A DNA stretch of 64,000 nucleotides. Origin: Chiloscyllium plagiosum. Its lineage: Eukaryota. Shown here one piece after another: positions 1 through 10,481 of the stretch; positions within the stretch are counted from its first letter, which is position 1, and each line of letters begins with the position of its first letter. The position numbers were made by a program, and so were the translations under genes. Location of the stretch: the NCBI RefSeq assembly GCF_004010195.1, contig NC_057755.1, positions 11,996,438-12,060,437 of the forward strand, read 5' to 3'. The notes under the pieces were generated by a model. That model did not search any database. It was not told where the DNA came from and saw nothing but the letters and a program-made list of their open reading frames with translations.

Positions 1-700
1 TGCGCACACACACCATGGGTGCTGGGGATAAAATAAGCACTACCACACTTAGGTGGTAGTGTGAGGGAAAAAAAAGGAAAAAAAAAAATTAACAGGCGAT
101 TTGCCCTTTGATGTGAAGGGCAGTGTTTGTCACTGGCTACCCGGGTGTTTTCCTATCTTCCTGGTGGTGGAATTTGAATAAAGATTTGTGCACTTTGTGT
201 CTTTCACTGTGTCTCCCACCTGCACACACACACCATGGGTGCTGGGGATAAAATAAGCACTACCGCACTTAGGTGGTATTGTGGGGGTTAAAAGGAAAAA
301 AAAAGAAGTGTTAAGGGCAGTGTTTGTCACTGAAAAAAAAAGAATATAAAGGGGAGTGTTCCGGGTGTCCTTGGAGAAGGAACACGCGGTGTCGACCAAT
401 ACCCTGGGGAAAGAAAAACAGGAGTTCGCAGGGGAGTGGAGTGTAATATTTCTCCCTCCAACTCTATTTTGATTTAGTCCCTACCCTCCCCCTCACTGTT
501 TTGATCACACAGCACTGCCCTTTGATGTGAAGGGCAGTGTTTGTCACTGGCCACCCGGGTGTTTTCCTATCTTCCTGGTGGTGGAATTTGAATAAAGATT
601 CGTGCACTTTGTATCTTTCACTGTGTCTCACACCTACATACACACACACCATGGGAAAAAAAATAAACGGGAGATTTTGGGCGTTTGCACTAAAAAAAAA
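1..700 (+). mobile_element. Tandem 3' ends of a probable Tx1-like non-LTR retrotransposon
   Basis: A ~200-bp unit (gccctttgatgtgaagggcagtgtttgtcactgg...aataaagatt...acacacaccatggg) occurs at ~103-300 and ~517-660, partially at 1-90, each ending in A-runs. 362-406 reads RVSLEKEHAVSTNTL, which I recall as resembling Tx1-clade ORF2 C-termini. Confidence 0.5.
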
Positions 701-1810
701 ATAAAAGCTAACACACTATATGCCTTCATAACAACCCTATCAATCTGGGTGGCAACTTTCAGGGATCTATGTACATGGACACTGAGATTTCTTTGTTCTT
801 CTATACTACCAAGAATTTTACCATTAGCCCAGTACTCTTCATTTGCCACCTCTCAGCCCAGCTCTGCAGCCTAACTATGCCCCTCTGTAACCTACAACAT
901 CCTTCAGCACTATCCACAACTCCACCAACCTCAGTGTCATCTGCAAATTTACAAACCCATCCTTCTATGCCCTCATCCAGGTCATTTATAAAAATGACCA
1001 ACAGTAGTGGGCCGAAAATAGATCCTTGCAGTACCCCACTAGTAACTGAACTCCAGAATGAACATTTCCCATCAACCACCACCTTCTTTCAACTAGCCAA
1101 CTACTGATCCAAACCGCTATATCACCCTCAATCCCATGTCTCTGTACTTTGTGCAATAGCTTACCATGGGGAACCTTATCAAACATCTTACTGAAATCCA
1201 TATACACCTCATCTATCGGTTTAGACACCTTCTCAAAGAACTCAATAAGGTTTGTGAGGCACGACCCACAACAAAGTGTTGACTATCGCTAATCAACTTA
1301 TTCCTTTCTAGATAATGTTAAATTGTATCTCTTATAACCTTTTCCAACACTTTACCCACAACTGAAGTAAGGCTCATTGGTCTATAATTTCCAGGGTTGT
1401 CTCTATTCCCCTTCTTGAACAAGGGAACAACATTTTCTATCCTCCAGTCTTCTGGCATTATTCCCGTAGACAATGACAACATAAAGGTCAAAGCCATAGG
1501 CTCTGCAATCTCCTCCCTGGCTTCCCAGAGAATTCTAGGATAAATCCCATCCGGCCTAGGAGACTTACCTATTTTCACACTTTCCAGAATTGCTAACACC
1601 TCAACCTTTTGCACGTCAGTCCCATGAACTCTAGTAGCCTGTATCTCAGTATTCTGTTCAACATCGTCTTTTTCCCATGTAAATACAGACAAAAAATATT
1701 CATTTAGCATTCCCTTATCTCCTCTGACTTCATGCACACCTTCCCACTACTATCCTTGATTGGCCCTAATCTTACTCCAGTCATTCTTTTATTCCTAATA
1801 TACCTGTAGC
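700..1810 (-). mobile_element. CR1/HER1-like LINE ORF2 (RT) fragment, frameshifted
   Basis: Minus-strand ORFs carry GPDGIYPRIL-like, PGNYRPMSLTSVVGK, YMDFSKMFDKVPH, SGVLQGSIFGPLL and KFADDT motifs. Confidence 0.9.
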
Positions 1811-3170
1811 TTTGGTTAAGGAGAATCCAAAGAGATTCTACAAATACATAAAAGGTCAAAAGGTGTGGTGCTGGAAGAGCACAGCAGGTCAGGCAGCATC
1901 CGAGGAGCAGGAGAGTCAATGTTTCAGACATTAGACCCTCTTCATCAGGAAGGACTAATGCTCCTCGAATGGTGCCTGACCAGCTGTGCTTTTTCAGCAC
2001 CACACAAAGACTCTGACTCTCCAGCATCTATAGTCCTCACTTTTTCCTAAATACATGAAAGAATAACTAGAGAGAGAATCGGGCCCTGTGAAAATCAACA
2101 AGGCTATCGATGTATGGAATCGCAGGAGATGGGGGAGATACTCCACAGTAAATACTGATGTGAAATACTACTTGAGAAGGGTATGGAAGATTGAGAACTT
2201 GGAGAAATAAATAGTGATATCTTGAAAAGTGTCCATATTGCAGAGGAGGTGGTGCTGGACGTCTTAAAATGAATAAAAGTGGATAAATCTCTGGAATTCA
2301 ACCGGGTGTATCTCAGAATCTTATAGGAGGCAAGGGAAGTGTTGCTGAGATCAGTAGCCGTGAATGAGGTGCCGGAAAACTGGAGGATGGCTAATGTGGC
2401 GCCACTACTTAGGAATGGTCGTAAGGAAAAGCCAGTGAGCCTGATGTCGGTTATAGGTAAATTGTTGGAGGGGATTCTGCGAGACAGGATTTACATGTTT
2501 TGAAAAGGCAAGACCTGATTAGGGATGGTCAGCATGGTTTTGTGTGGGAAATCATGTCACACTAACTTGATTAAGTTTTTTTGAGGAAGTGACAAAGAAG
2601 ATTGAAGGCAAAGGATGTTTATATAGACTTCAGCAAGGCATTCCACAAAGTTCTGCATGATAGACTAGTTAGCAAGGTAAGGTCACATGGAATGCAGGGA
2701 GAGTTAGCCATGTGGATGCAAAATTGGCTTGAAGGTAGAGGACAAAGGGTAATGGTAGAGGATTGTTTTTCATACTGGAGGCCTGTGACCATTTGTATGC
2801 CACAAGGATCAGTGCTGGTTCCACTGCTTTTTGTTGTTTATACATATTATTTGTATATGTATATAGGAGGTATGGTTAGTAAGTTTGCAGATGACACTGA
2901 AATTGTTGGTGTAACCAGTGAAGAAGGTTCCCTCAGAATACAAGGGGTCCTCGATCAGTTGGCCTAATGAGCTGAGGGGTCGTGACGTGGAAGAGTCTGT
3001 GTTGGACTGGGTGGACAAAGTTAAAAATCAGGAGAAAGTGAGGACTGCAGACGCTGGAAAAATTGCAGCGCTCGGAAAGCTAGTGCTTCCAAATAAATCT
3101 GTTGGACTATAACCTGATGCTGAGGAGCGGCAGATGGAGTTCAGTTTAGATAAATGTAAAGGGCTAAATT
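1810..3170 (+). mobile_element. CR1-like LINE fragment interrupted by short Penelope pLTR relics (~1860-2048, ~3000-3118)
   Basis: DFSKAFHKV, PQGSVL and KFADDT motifs; the inserts match the gctggaaaagcacagcaggtcaggcagcatc and cgctcggaaagctagtgcttcc repeats seen elsewhere in the window. Confidence 0.8.
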
Positions 3171-3292
3171 TATATTGTGTTTTTTTTATTAAGGTTCATT
3201 GGAACACAACCAAGGAGTTGTAGGAGAACTGCCCATGCTGCTTTTCAATTTAACCCCATGTTAATCCATCAGCAAAGCCGCTTTCGAACTCA

Positions 3293-3431
3293 GTTAAAAA
3301 TCACACGATACCAAGTCCAACAGGTTTAACTGGAAGCATTAGCTTTCGGGGCGCTGCTCCTTCATCTGCTGCGGATCGTGTGATTTTTAACTTTGTACAG
3401 CCTTGTCCAACACTGGCATCTCCAAATCGTG
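3293..3431 (-). mobile_element. Penelope-type pLTR relic with hammerhead motif in the KIFBP proximal promoter
   Basis: Flanked by gctttcgaactcagtt (3280-3295) and gctttcaaactcagtt (3432-3447). The minus strand reads cagatga aggagcagcgcccc gaaagcta. Same family as 43365-43452. Confidence 0.7.
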
Positions 3432-3479
3432 GCTTTCAAACTCAGTTTGGACTTGCATGAACACGAATGGATCCTGCAG

Positions 3480-4010
3480 TGCCTCCTCCCGGCCGCCGGA
3501 CGGCGCTGTCTTTGTGTCCTGCAGTGCTCCGTCTTCGCCGCCGGTGGCGCTGCTGTGTAACTGAGGGTGAAATGGCGGCGAGGGAAGGCGGCGTCGAGCA
3601 GGACCTGAGCGTGAAATACTCGCGGGTCCTGAGGCTGCTGGAGGTGGAGTCGAAGCGGGATCCGGAGTCGGAGCCTTATCGTTCCAAGTACGCGGCTCGG
3701 GAGCTGCTAAAGGAGCTGAAGGCAGCGCTGGGACCGCGGGATGATGAGCCGCTTCAGGCCGGAGATTGGCTGCAGAAAGCGGCTGTGGTGGAGCTGCAGC
3801 TCGGCCTCAACCACACGGAGACCGAGGAGCTGTCCGCGGGCGAGGAGCACCTGGCCAAGTGCGTCCAGATCCTGGAGCCCTTGAAGCTCAGCCCTGGGGC
3901 CGTGTCCGTCTTTCTGCAGGCCGAGGTGAAGTGGGGGGCAGCGGCCGTCTCCAGGCAACCGGAGCCTGTGGCAACACAAGGGGCCGTGCGGTGAGATCAG
4001 CCCCGGAGTC
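3480..4010 (+). promoter_or_regulatory. CpG island over the KIFBP 5' end and exon 1
   Basis: Abrupt GC- and CpG-rich stretch in an otherwise AT-rich, CpG-depleted window, coinciding with the first exon. Confidence 0.75.
3572..3925 (+). CDS. KIFBP: KIF-binding protein (KBP) coding exon 1
   Basis: Translates MAAREGG...ESKRDPESEPYRSKYAARELLKEL...LGLNHTETEELSAGEEHLAKC...VFLQAE, recognisable as the KBP N-terminus. The ATG has a strong context (gaaATGG). Donor GAG|gtgaag at 3926, phase 0. Confidence 0.93.
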
Positions 4011-5589
4011 GGGGAGGGGGGTCAGACTGAGGGGGAGCAGAGGCCTGGCAGTTAGAAAGGGGTTTCCTGGCCTGGATCTGAGGGGGGAGCGGGCTTGGAG
4101 AGTGTGGGTAGGGCGGGTTCAAACACGGGAGTGAGGGAGAGACAGGAAAGGCACAATGAAGGAAGAGTTAGCTATCCAGAGCCAAAGGCTGCAAGATGGA
4201 GCATAAAAAGAGACAACCACCCAGATCCTGTGGAGACATTTAGAGACTGGACATATCTCGAAAGGTGTGTATTATGATCCCTCTAAGGTCCTGATACATT
4301 GATTAAGCAGGAATTATCCTGGAAGTTGAAACTCCTGATGGACAATTAGCTGCCAGCTAGAACCCTTTAAGAAAGTCACCCACTCCAAGTTAGAGTTGAA
4401 GATTTCAGAAGATTCGAACTACTTACATGTTTATCTTACTGGTTGGCCACGAGAAGTTAAAACAGAAAAATCTTAATCATATTGCTGTGTGACTACACAA
4501 CTGAATCCTTCAACATCTCTCCTTCACTCCTCTCCTCTTCCACCTGCCTCCCAGCCTTTGACTTCCCAGTTAACCCCCAACTACATTTGACCTGATAATC
4601 CCCAAACCCACTTTCCTCCCTTTCCCCATAACTATTGTTTCCCTTTCTGATTAGAAATTTGATCATCTTGGCTGTGAATATTCTTTTGATAAAAGTAAAA
4701 ATAAACAAATTGAATCAAATTACAAAGGACTGAAATAGCCCATTGGTACACTGTCATTAAAAAGAAAACTGGAGGTTAAATTAAAATGTAGCTGTTGAAG
4801 GATGTAACGTACTCAACCACAGAGTCATAGAGATGTGCAGCACAGTAACAGACCCTTCGGTCCAACTCATCTGTGCCGACCAGATATTCTAAATTAAGCG
4901 CCAACACGTCAAGCAAGTAGTTGGATGTTGTGTGACTCTCTTTCCAAGCATGTGCGCGCATATGGAAGTGCAAAAGAGGGGCATATAGTCATAGAGATAT
5001 ACAGCACGGAAACAGACCCGATGGGTAGGAATTATGATCCCCTCCACTGCCTGGACCTATTAATGATGCCTTTAGCCAGCCCAGGAGCAGATCCACAAAG
5101 AGGTCCTCCAATCTAGAAGTAGAATTAGGTTTATTGTCACATGTACTCAAGTACAGGGACACTTGAGTACAGCAAAAAGTGTAAATAATTGCCTTTCCCA
5201 ATGCCATCTTAGGTACAGAAATACCGAGATACAAAATCTTCGATAAACGTGAAAAATAAAGGTCAAAGTTCAGCATTACAGGCTTTCCAAAGCAGAGAGT
5301 CCGCACTGGGATTCCTCGAGGTTGGGAGTGCACGCTGGGCTTCTTTGAGGCTGTGAGTCCTTGGATTCCACTAGCTCAGCTGTCCACCACTAATACTGTC
5401 TGAGAAGTGGAGGTAAGTAGAGAGAAAAAAACATGAAAAGAGGAAAAAGAAGAAAAAAAAAACGGTGGATGAGCTCCAGCTTAGGAGTCTACTGTGCCGC
5501 CACCTTGGAAAAGACAAGCCTTTCTTGTCTGCTCCCGTCCACACCAACTATTTCAGCCATGAATATAATTAGCGATACAGCTTCAATAG

Positions 5590-5995
5590 CCCCATGCATT
5601 CAAAAATTCTGAAAATTAGTAATCCACAGAAGAAATTCCTCCCCATGTCTGTCTTAAATAGGTGATCCCTTGCTCTGAGATTATGTCCTCTGTTCCTAGA
5701 TTCTCCCACAAGGGAAAACAATCTCTCAACATGTACTTTCAAACCCCTAAAAATCTTGCATATTTCATAAAGTTTTCTCTGATTTTTCTCTACAGTCCAC
5801 TGAGGACAAGCCCAACACACTTAATGTCTCCTCAACCTTAGAGTCATAGTCATATCTGGATTGCCTCCAATGCCAGTGTGTTCCATTAACGAAGAGGCTC
5901 AAACTGTTCAGAATGTATTTTAGGTGTGGTTTTATAAACCTTTCCATGTTTATACTCCATTCCATTTGGAATAAAGGACAATATTACAGTTGCTG
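5590..5995 (-). mobile_element. Old CR1/L2-like LINE 3' fragment
   Basis: The minus ORF has ERLFSLVGESRNRGHNLR...RNFF, the typical CR1 ORF2 C-terminal TRGH motif. Confidence 0.7.
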
Positions 5996-6945
5996 GGCAG
6001 AGTCAGTGGGCCAATGGTAAGTATTTGTTGATAATCCATCACTGAGTTTTGCGGTGCAGTAGTTGTGTCTCTGCCTCTGAACTAGACAGCCTGGTTTCAA
6101 GTTCTCCCTGGTTCGGAGATGTGTAATAACATTTCTAAATGTGTTGATTAGAAATTCTCCTGAAATGGAGAAGTCTTGGAAATGGTCTGAAGTGTCAAAT
6201 AATAAAGTTAAGTAGGTGGAAGTGGGAAGGAATGTTGATTAAATTTTCCAATTCAGGCAAGGGTCAAAAAATGGCACATGTCAATCATCAGTATACAGGA
6301 AAAAGAGATGAGAGAGAGGCTTGAGTAGGATTGGAGCAAGGAATGTTGTACATCTTTCTCTGAAAGGCAGCATAGCTAGAACCCATGCAGATTCACTCAG
6401 CAACGCATTTTATTGGAAAAAGTGAATAGAGTCACAAGGGAGGTTGTTCAACATGATAACAAGCTCTGTCAGGCAGAGAAAGTCATTGGATGGGACTGAT
6501 TAGGCCTCTGTCGAGGAAATAGCCCAGAGCCCTCATTTGTGGTGGGGGTTGAGGCGCAGACTGACTGGGTGATCAAGTTATAGAGAAAACAGGGCTACAA
6601 AATAAGAAATAAAGTGGCAGAGGAAACTGAAACAATCATGGATGTAATTGGTGATTGGGCAAGAGAGAAAAAATAAAACAAAGACAGGTGAAATCAGTGG
6701 AATGAGACAGAAACAGACTGAATCAGTGTGCCTCTCAAAGCAATCCTGTTGGTGAATCTTGAGAAACAAACAGAAGCAAGCTGTTCAGGAGTGGGAGATC
6801 ATGAGAGTAAAACACGTAGATACTGAAGATCTGAAACAAAAACTGAAATTGCTGGAGAAAATCAGGTCTGGCAGTAACTGTGGAGCGAAGGCAGAGTTAA
6901 TATTTTGAGTCTTCAGAACAGTAACTGTACTGAATACCGTCACTA

Positions 6946-7119
6946 CAGAGGAACTTCAATTATCCAGCATTCAATTGTCCGAATATCGGATTATCCGGCA
7001 AGATCGCAAGGTCCCGATGCTCAGATAAACTATGTTATCTGGCATTCAAGTATCTGGAATTTGGCTAACCGAATGAAATACTCCCCACCTGAGTCCTTCA
7101 GATAATTGAGGTTCCTCTA
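6946..7119. mobile_element. Tc1/mariner (Tigger-like) MITE
   Basis: Terminal inverted repeats cagaggaacttcaattatc and gataattgaggttcctcta, flanked by TA at 6944-6945 and 7120-7121; 174 bp with no coding capacity. Confidence 0.8.
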
Positions 7120-8162
7120 TATATTTCTAAGTTTGTGCAACAATTTCTGTTTTGTGGAAGGTTATGAAGTTGGACATTCTGGAGATCTTCCTCCACAGGA
7201 GATGAGATCATTGAAAGTGCAAGAATAAAGGTTTGATGGGCAGTGCTGGGATCATGACTAGGGGAGGTAAGAGGAAATTTGGGGAGATTTGGCATTTGGA
7301 CTCTGCAAGTTGAAAGCTGTTACTTGCTTGCTTCAATTTTTCTCATATTTTTCCTTTCAGTCAGTGGCACACCTTAAACAAGCACATCTTTTATTACTTT
7401 TCCTGCCCAATCTTCATTCCCTTTGACCCTGGAAAAATAACTCCTCTGCCATTCAGTCTCTACTGTCTTCACCATGTCACAGATCTTCTTTAGTCCTTAG
7501 TACCAGCGAAGGTTAGGTTTGACAGGGTACTGTTGGGTGTCGACATGGAAACTCGCAGTGTGCTTGAGAAATACAAGGACTCAAGGATTGATACTTAGGA
7601 TCACTAGAGATGAAATTGTGGGAACAGGAAGAAAAGCCACTGCAAAGTGATTCCTAGCTGTGAGTAGACAATACCGAATCTAGAGAGAGCAGTGCCACCT
7701 GGTTCCAAAACAGTGGAGAGAAGTATCAGGAGGATGATGTAGTCACGGTGTCAAAAAACTGCAGACTGATCAAGAAAGATCTGGAGTAAGTGTTTATACT
7801 TGTGTCTTTCTCACATCACTTATTATTTGTCATTGATAAAGGCTGTTTTGGCATTGTAGAGGAAGCAGAGCCCTATTTGAAGTGGTTTGAACATAGAGTT
7901 GGGGAAGGTGACAACAGGTTTAGGAGCAGCAACAGGTTAAGAAGGGGAGGTTAGGCTGTTTGCAAAGAGAGTGATGTCAAGCTTGGGGCTTTTTTGTGGG
8001 AAAAGGCCAAATTGGAACTGACGACACTAGGGGGAGTGTTCAGTTTGCAATGTTAGGGAGCATAATCTCAAGTAACACTTGAATTCTCCACCATTGCCTT
8101 AAAGTTATATTCTTGCTGAGAATTGAACAGAAAACTAACTAAATTTGTTCTTTATCTCTCAG

Positions 8163-8261
8163 AATCAGTTGGGCATCTTGTGGGCCGGATTGGAAGAAAT
8201 GGAAAAAGCACAAACCTATCTAGAAGATGCAGAATCTCTTTACAACCAATACACTAAGGAG
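8163..8261 (+). CDS. KIFBP: KIFBP coding exon 2 (99 nt)
   Basis: Acceptor tttatctctcag|AAT; translates NQLGILWAGLEEMEKAQTYLEDAESLYNQYTKE; donor GAG|gtaaag; phase 0/0. Confidence 0.95.
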
Positions 8262-8319
8262 GTAAAGTTGTCTTCATTTGACAGCAGGTGGATGCTAGTA
8301 ATCAATATGTCTGGATCAC

Positions 8320-8635
8320 TCAGTGCCGTGACCTCTGTGTGGAGTCATTGTTCTGTGCCGTGACCTCTGTGTGGTGACGTTAGTCTGTGCCGTGACCTCT
8401 GTGTGGCGACATTCGTCTGTGCAGTGATTGGTAGGTTGAGGCGTTGGTCCGTGCAGTGACTGGTAGGTGGAGGCATTGGTCAGTGATGTGACCAGTGTGT
8501 AGGGGATTGTTTAGTACAGGGTTTTGTGTGTTTGTGTGGAGGGGGGTCTGGTCAGTGCAGGATGTGTGTATGAGGGATTGGTCAGTGCAGTGACTGATAC
8601 GCTGGGCGGGAGGTGGTGTTGGTCAGTGCAGTGAG
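8320..8635 (+). repeat. Diverged ~31-34 bp minisatellite units just downstream of exon 2
   Basis: Repeated tgtgccgtgacctctgtgtgg and ttggtcagtgcagtgac motifs, related to the 9525-10481 array. Confidence 0.75.
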
Positions 8636-9059
8636 CACAGAAAAAGCCCTTTGGCCCATTTAGTCTGCACTGACACAACTATCACTAAAGGTGCACTAAT
8701 CACAGTTTCCTGCATGTGACCGTATTCTTCAGGATACAATTCCACCATTATCTCCTTGCTCTTATACTCTATGCCATGACTGATGAAAGTAAGTGTCCTA
8801 TAATGCTCTCTTAACTATCCTATTTACGTCCCTGCCGACCTCTGGGATATATCAGTAATCACTCCGAGATCTGTCTGTTCCTCTAAGCAACCCAGTGTCC
8901 TGCCATTCATTAGATATTCCCTCATCTGTTTCTTCCAAAGTGCATCACCTCACAGTTATCATGGTTAAATACCATCTGCCACTGGTCTGCCCATCTGATC
9001 AACCCACTTATATGTTCCATCTTCTTCATTCCTAACCACTCTATCAAGGTTGCTTAGTA

Positions 9060-9262
9060 GTGAGCATGCTGCCTCATAGCACAAGGGACACTGATCTGAT
9101 TCCACCTTCGGGTGACTGTCAGTGCTGAGTTTGCACATTCTCCTCATGTCTGTGGGTTTCCTTTGGGTGCTCCAGTTTCCTCCCACAGTCCAAAGATGTG
9201 TAGATTAGGTTAATTAGCCTTGGAAAATTTGAGGTTACAGGGATATAATATAGTAGGGGGTA
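9060..9262 (+). mobile_element. Degenerate HE1-type SINE within an older CR1 fragment (8640-9525, minus strand)
   Basis: gctgcctcatagc...gagtttgcacattctcc...ctccagtttcctcccacagtccaaagatgtg matches the intact copies at 17389 and 60572. Confidence 0.75.
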
Positions 9263-9524
9263 GAAACAAAAATGGAAGTTGCTGGAAAAGGTCAGCAGGT
9301 CTGGTAGCATCTGTGAAGAGAAATCAAACTTAACGTTTTTGGTCCAGTGACCCTTCCTCAGAACTGGACTCGATGGGCTGAATAGTCTGCTTCCCCACTG
9401 TAGGGATTATGATTCAATCTTGGTCTTTTCTGCAAATTTGTTGAACATTTCCTCCCACGTTTCCATCTGTATAATTTATGCATATAACAAACAATAAGGG
9501 TCCCTGTACAAACCCTTGTGGTAC

Positions 9525-10481
9525 ACCATTGTGCCTGTGTGGATTGGTCAGTGCGGTGACCGTTATGCGAGTTAGGATTAATCAGTGCAGTGACCGTTGG
9601 GCCTTTGTGGATTGGTCAGTGCGGTGACCATTGTGCCTGTGTGGATTGGTCAGTGCGGTGACCATTGTGTGTGTATGGATTGGTCAGTGCGGTGACCATT
9701 GTGCGTGTGTGGATTGGTCAGTGCAGTGACCGTTATGCGTGTTTGGATTAATCAGTGCAGTGACCGTTGGGCCTTTGTGGATTGGTCAGTGCGGTGACCA
9801 TTGTGCGTGTTTGGATTAATCAGTGCAGTGACCGTTGGGCCTTTGTGGATTGGTCAGTGCGGTGACCATTGTGCGTGTGTGGATTGGTCAGTGCAGTGAC
9901 CATTGTGCGTGTTTGGATTGGTCAGTGCAGTGACCGTTGGGCCTATTTGAATTAATCAATGCAGTGACCATTGTGCGTGTGTGGATTGGTCAGTGCGGTG
10001 ACCATTGTGCGTGTGTGGATTGGTCAGTGCGGTGACCATTGTGCGTGTGTGGATTGGTCAGTGCGGTGACCATTGTGCGTGTGTGGATTGGTCAGTGCGG
10101 TGACCATTGTGCGTGTGTGGATTGGTCAGTGCGGTGACCATTGTGCGTGTGTGGATTGGTCAGTGCGGTGACCATTGTGCGTGTGTGGATTGGTCAGTGC
10201 GGTGACCATTGTGCGTGTGTGGATTGGTCAGTGCGGTGACCATTGTGCGTGTGTGGATTGGTCAGTGCGGTGACCATTGTGCGTGTGTGGATTGGTCAGT
10301 GCGGTGACCATTGTGCGTGTGTGGATTGGTCAGTGCGGTGACCATTGTGCGTGTGTGGATTGGCCAGTGCGGTGACCATTGTGCATGTGTGGATTGGCCA
10401 GTGCGGTGACCATTGTGCGTGTGTGGATTGGTCAGTGCGGTGACCATTGTGCATGTGTGGATTGGTCAGTGCAGTGACCAG
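9525..10481 (+). repeat. 34-bp minisatellite, about 28 copies
   Basis: Unit accattgtgcgtgtgtggattggtcagtgcggtg; near-perfect from ~9965 to 10440, with variant units at the 5' side. Confidence 0.97.

Noticed and set aside
3707..4134. Overlapping alternative-frame and antisense ORFs on exon 1
   Set aside because: Expected in GC-rich, stop-poor sequence, and they have no recognisable homology.
9525..10481. CRISPR-like array (34-bp palindromic repeats)
   Set aside because: The units are directly adjacent with no unique spacers, there are no cas genes, and the context is a vertebrate intron. It is a minisatellite.
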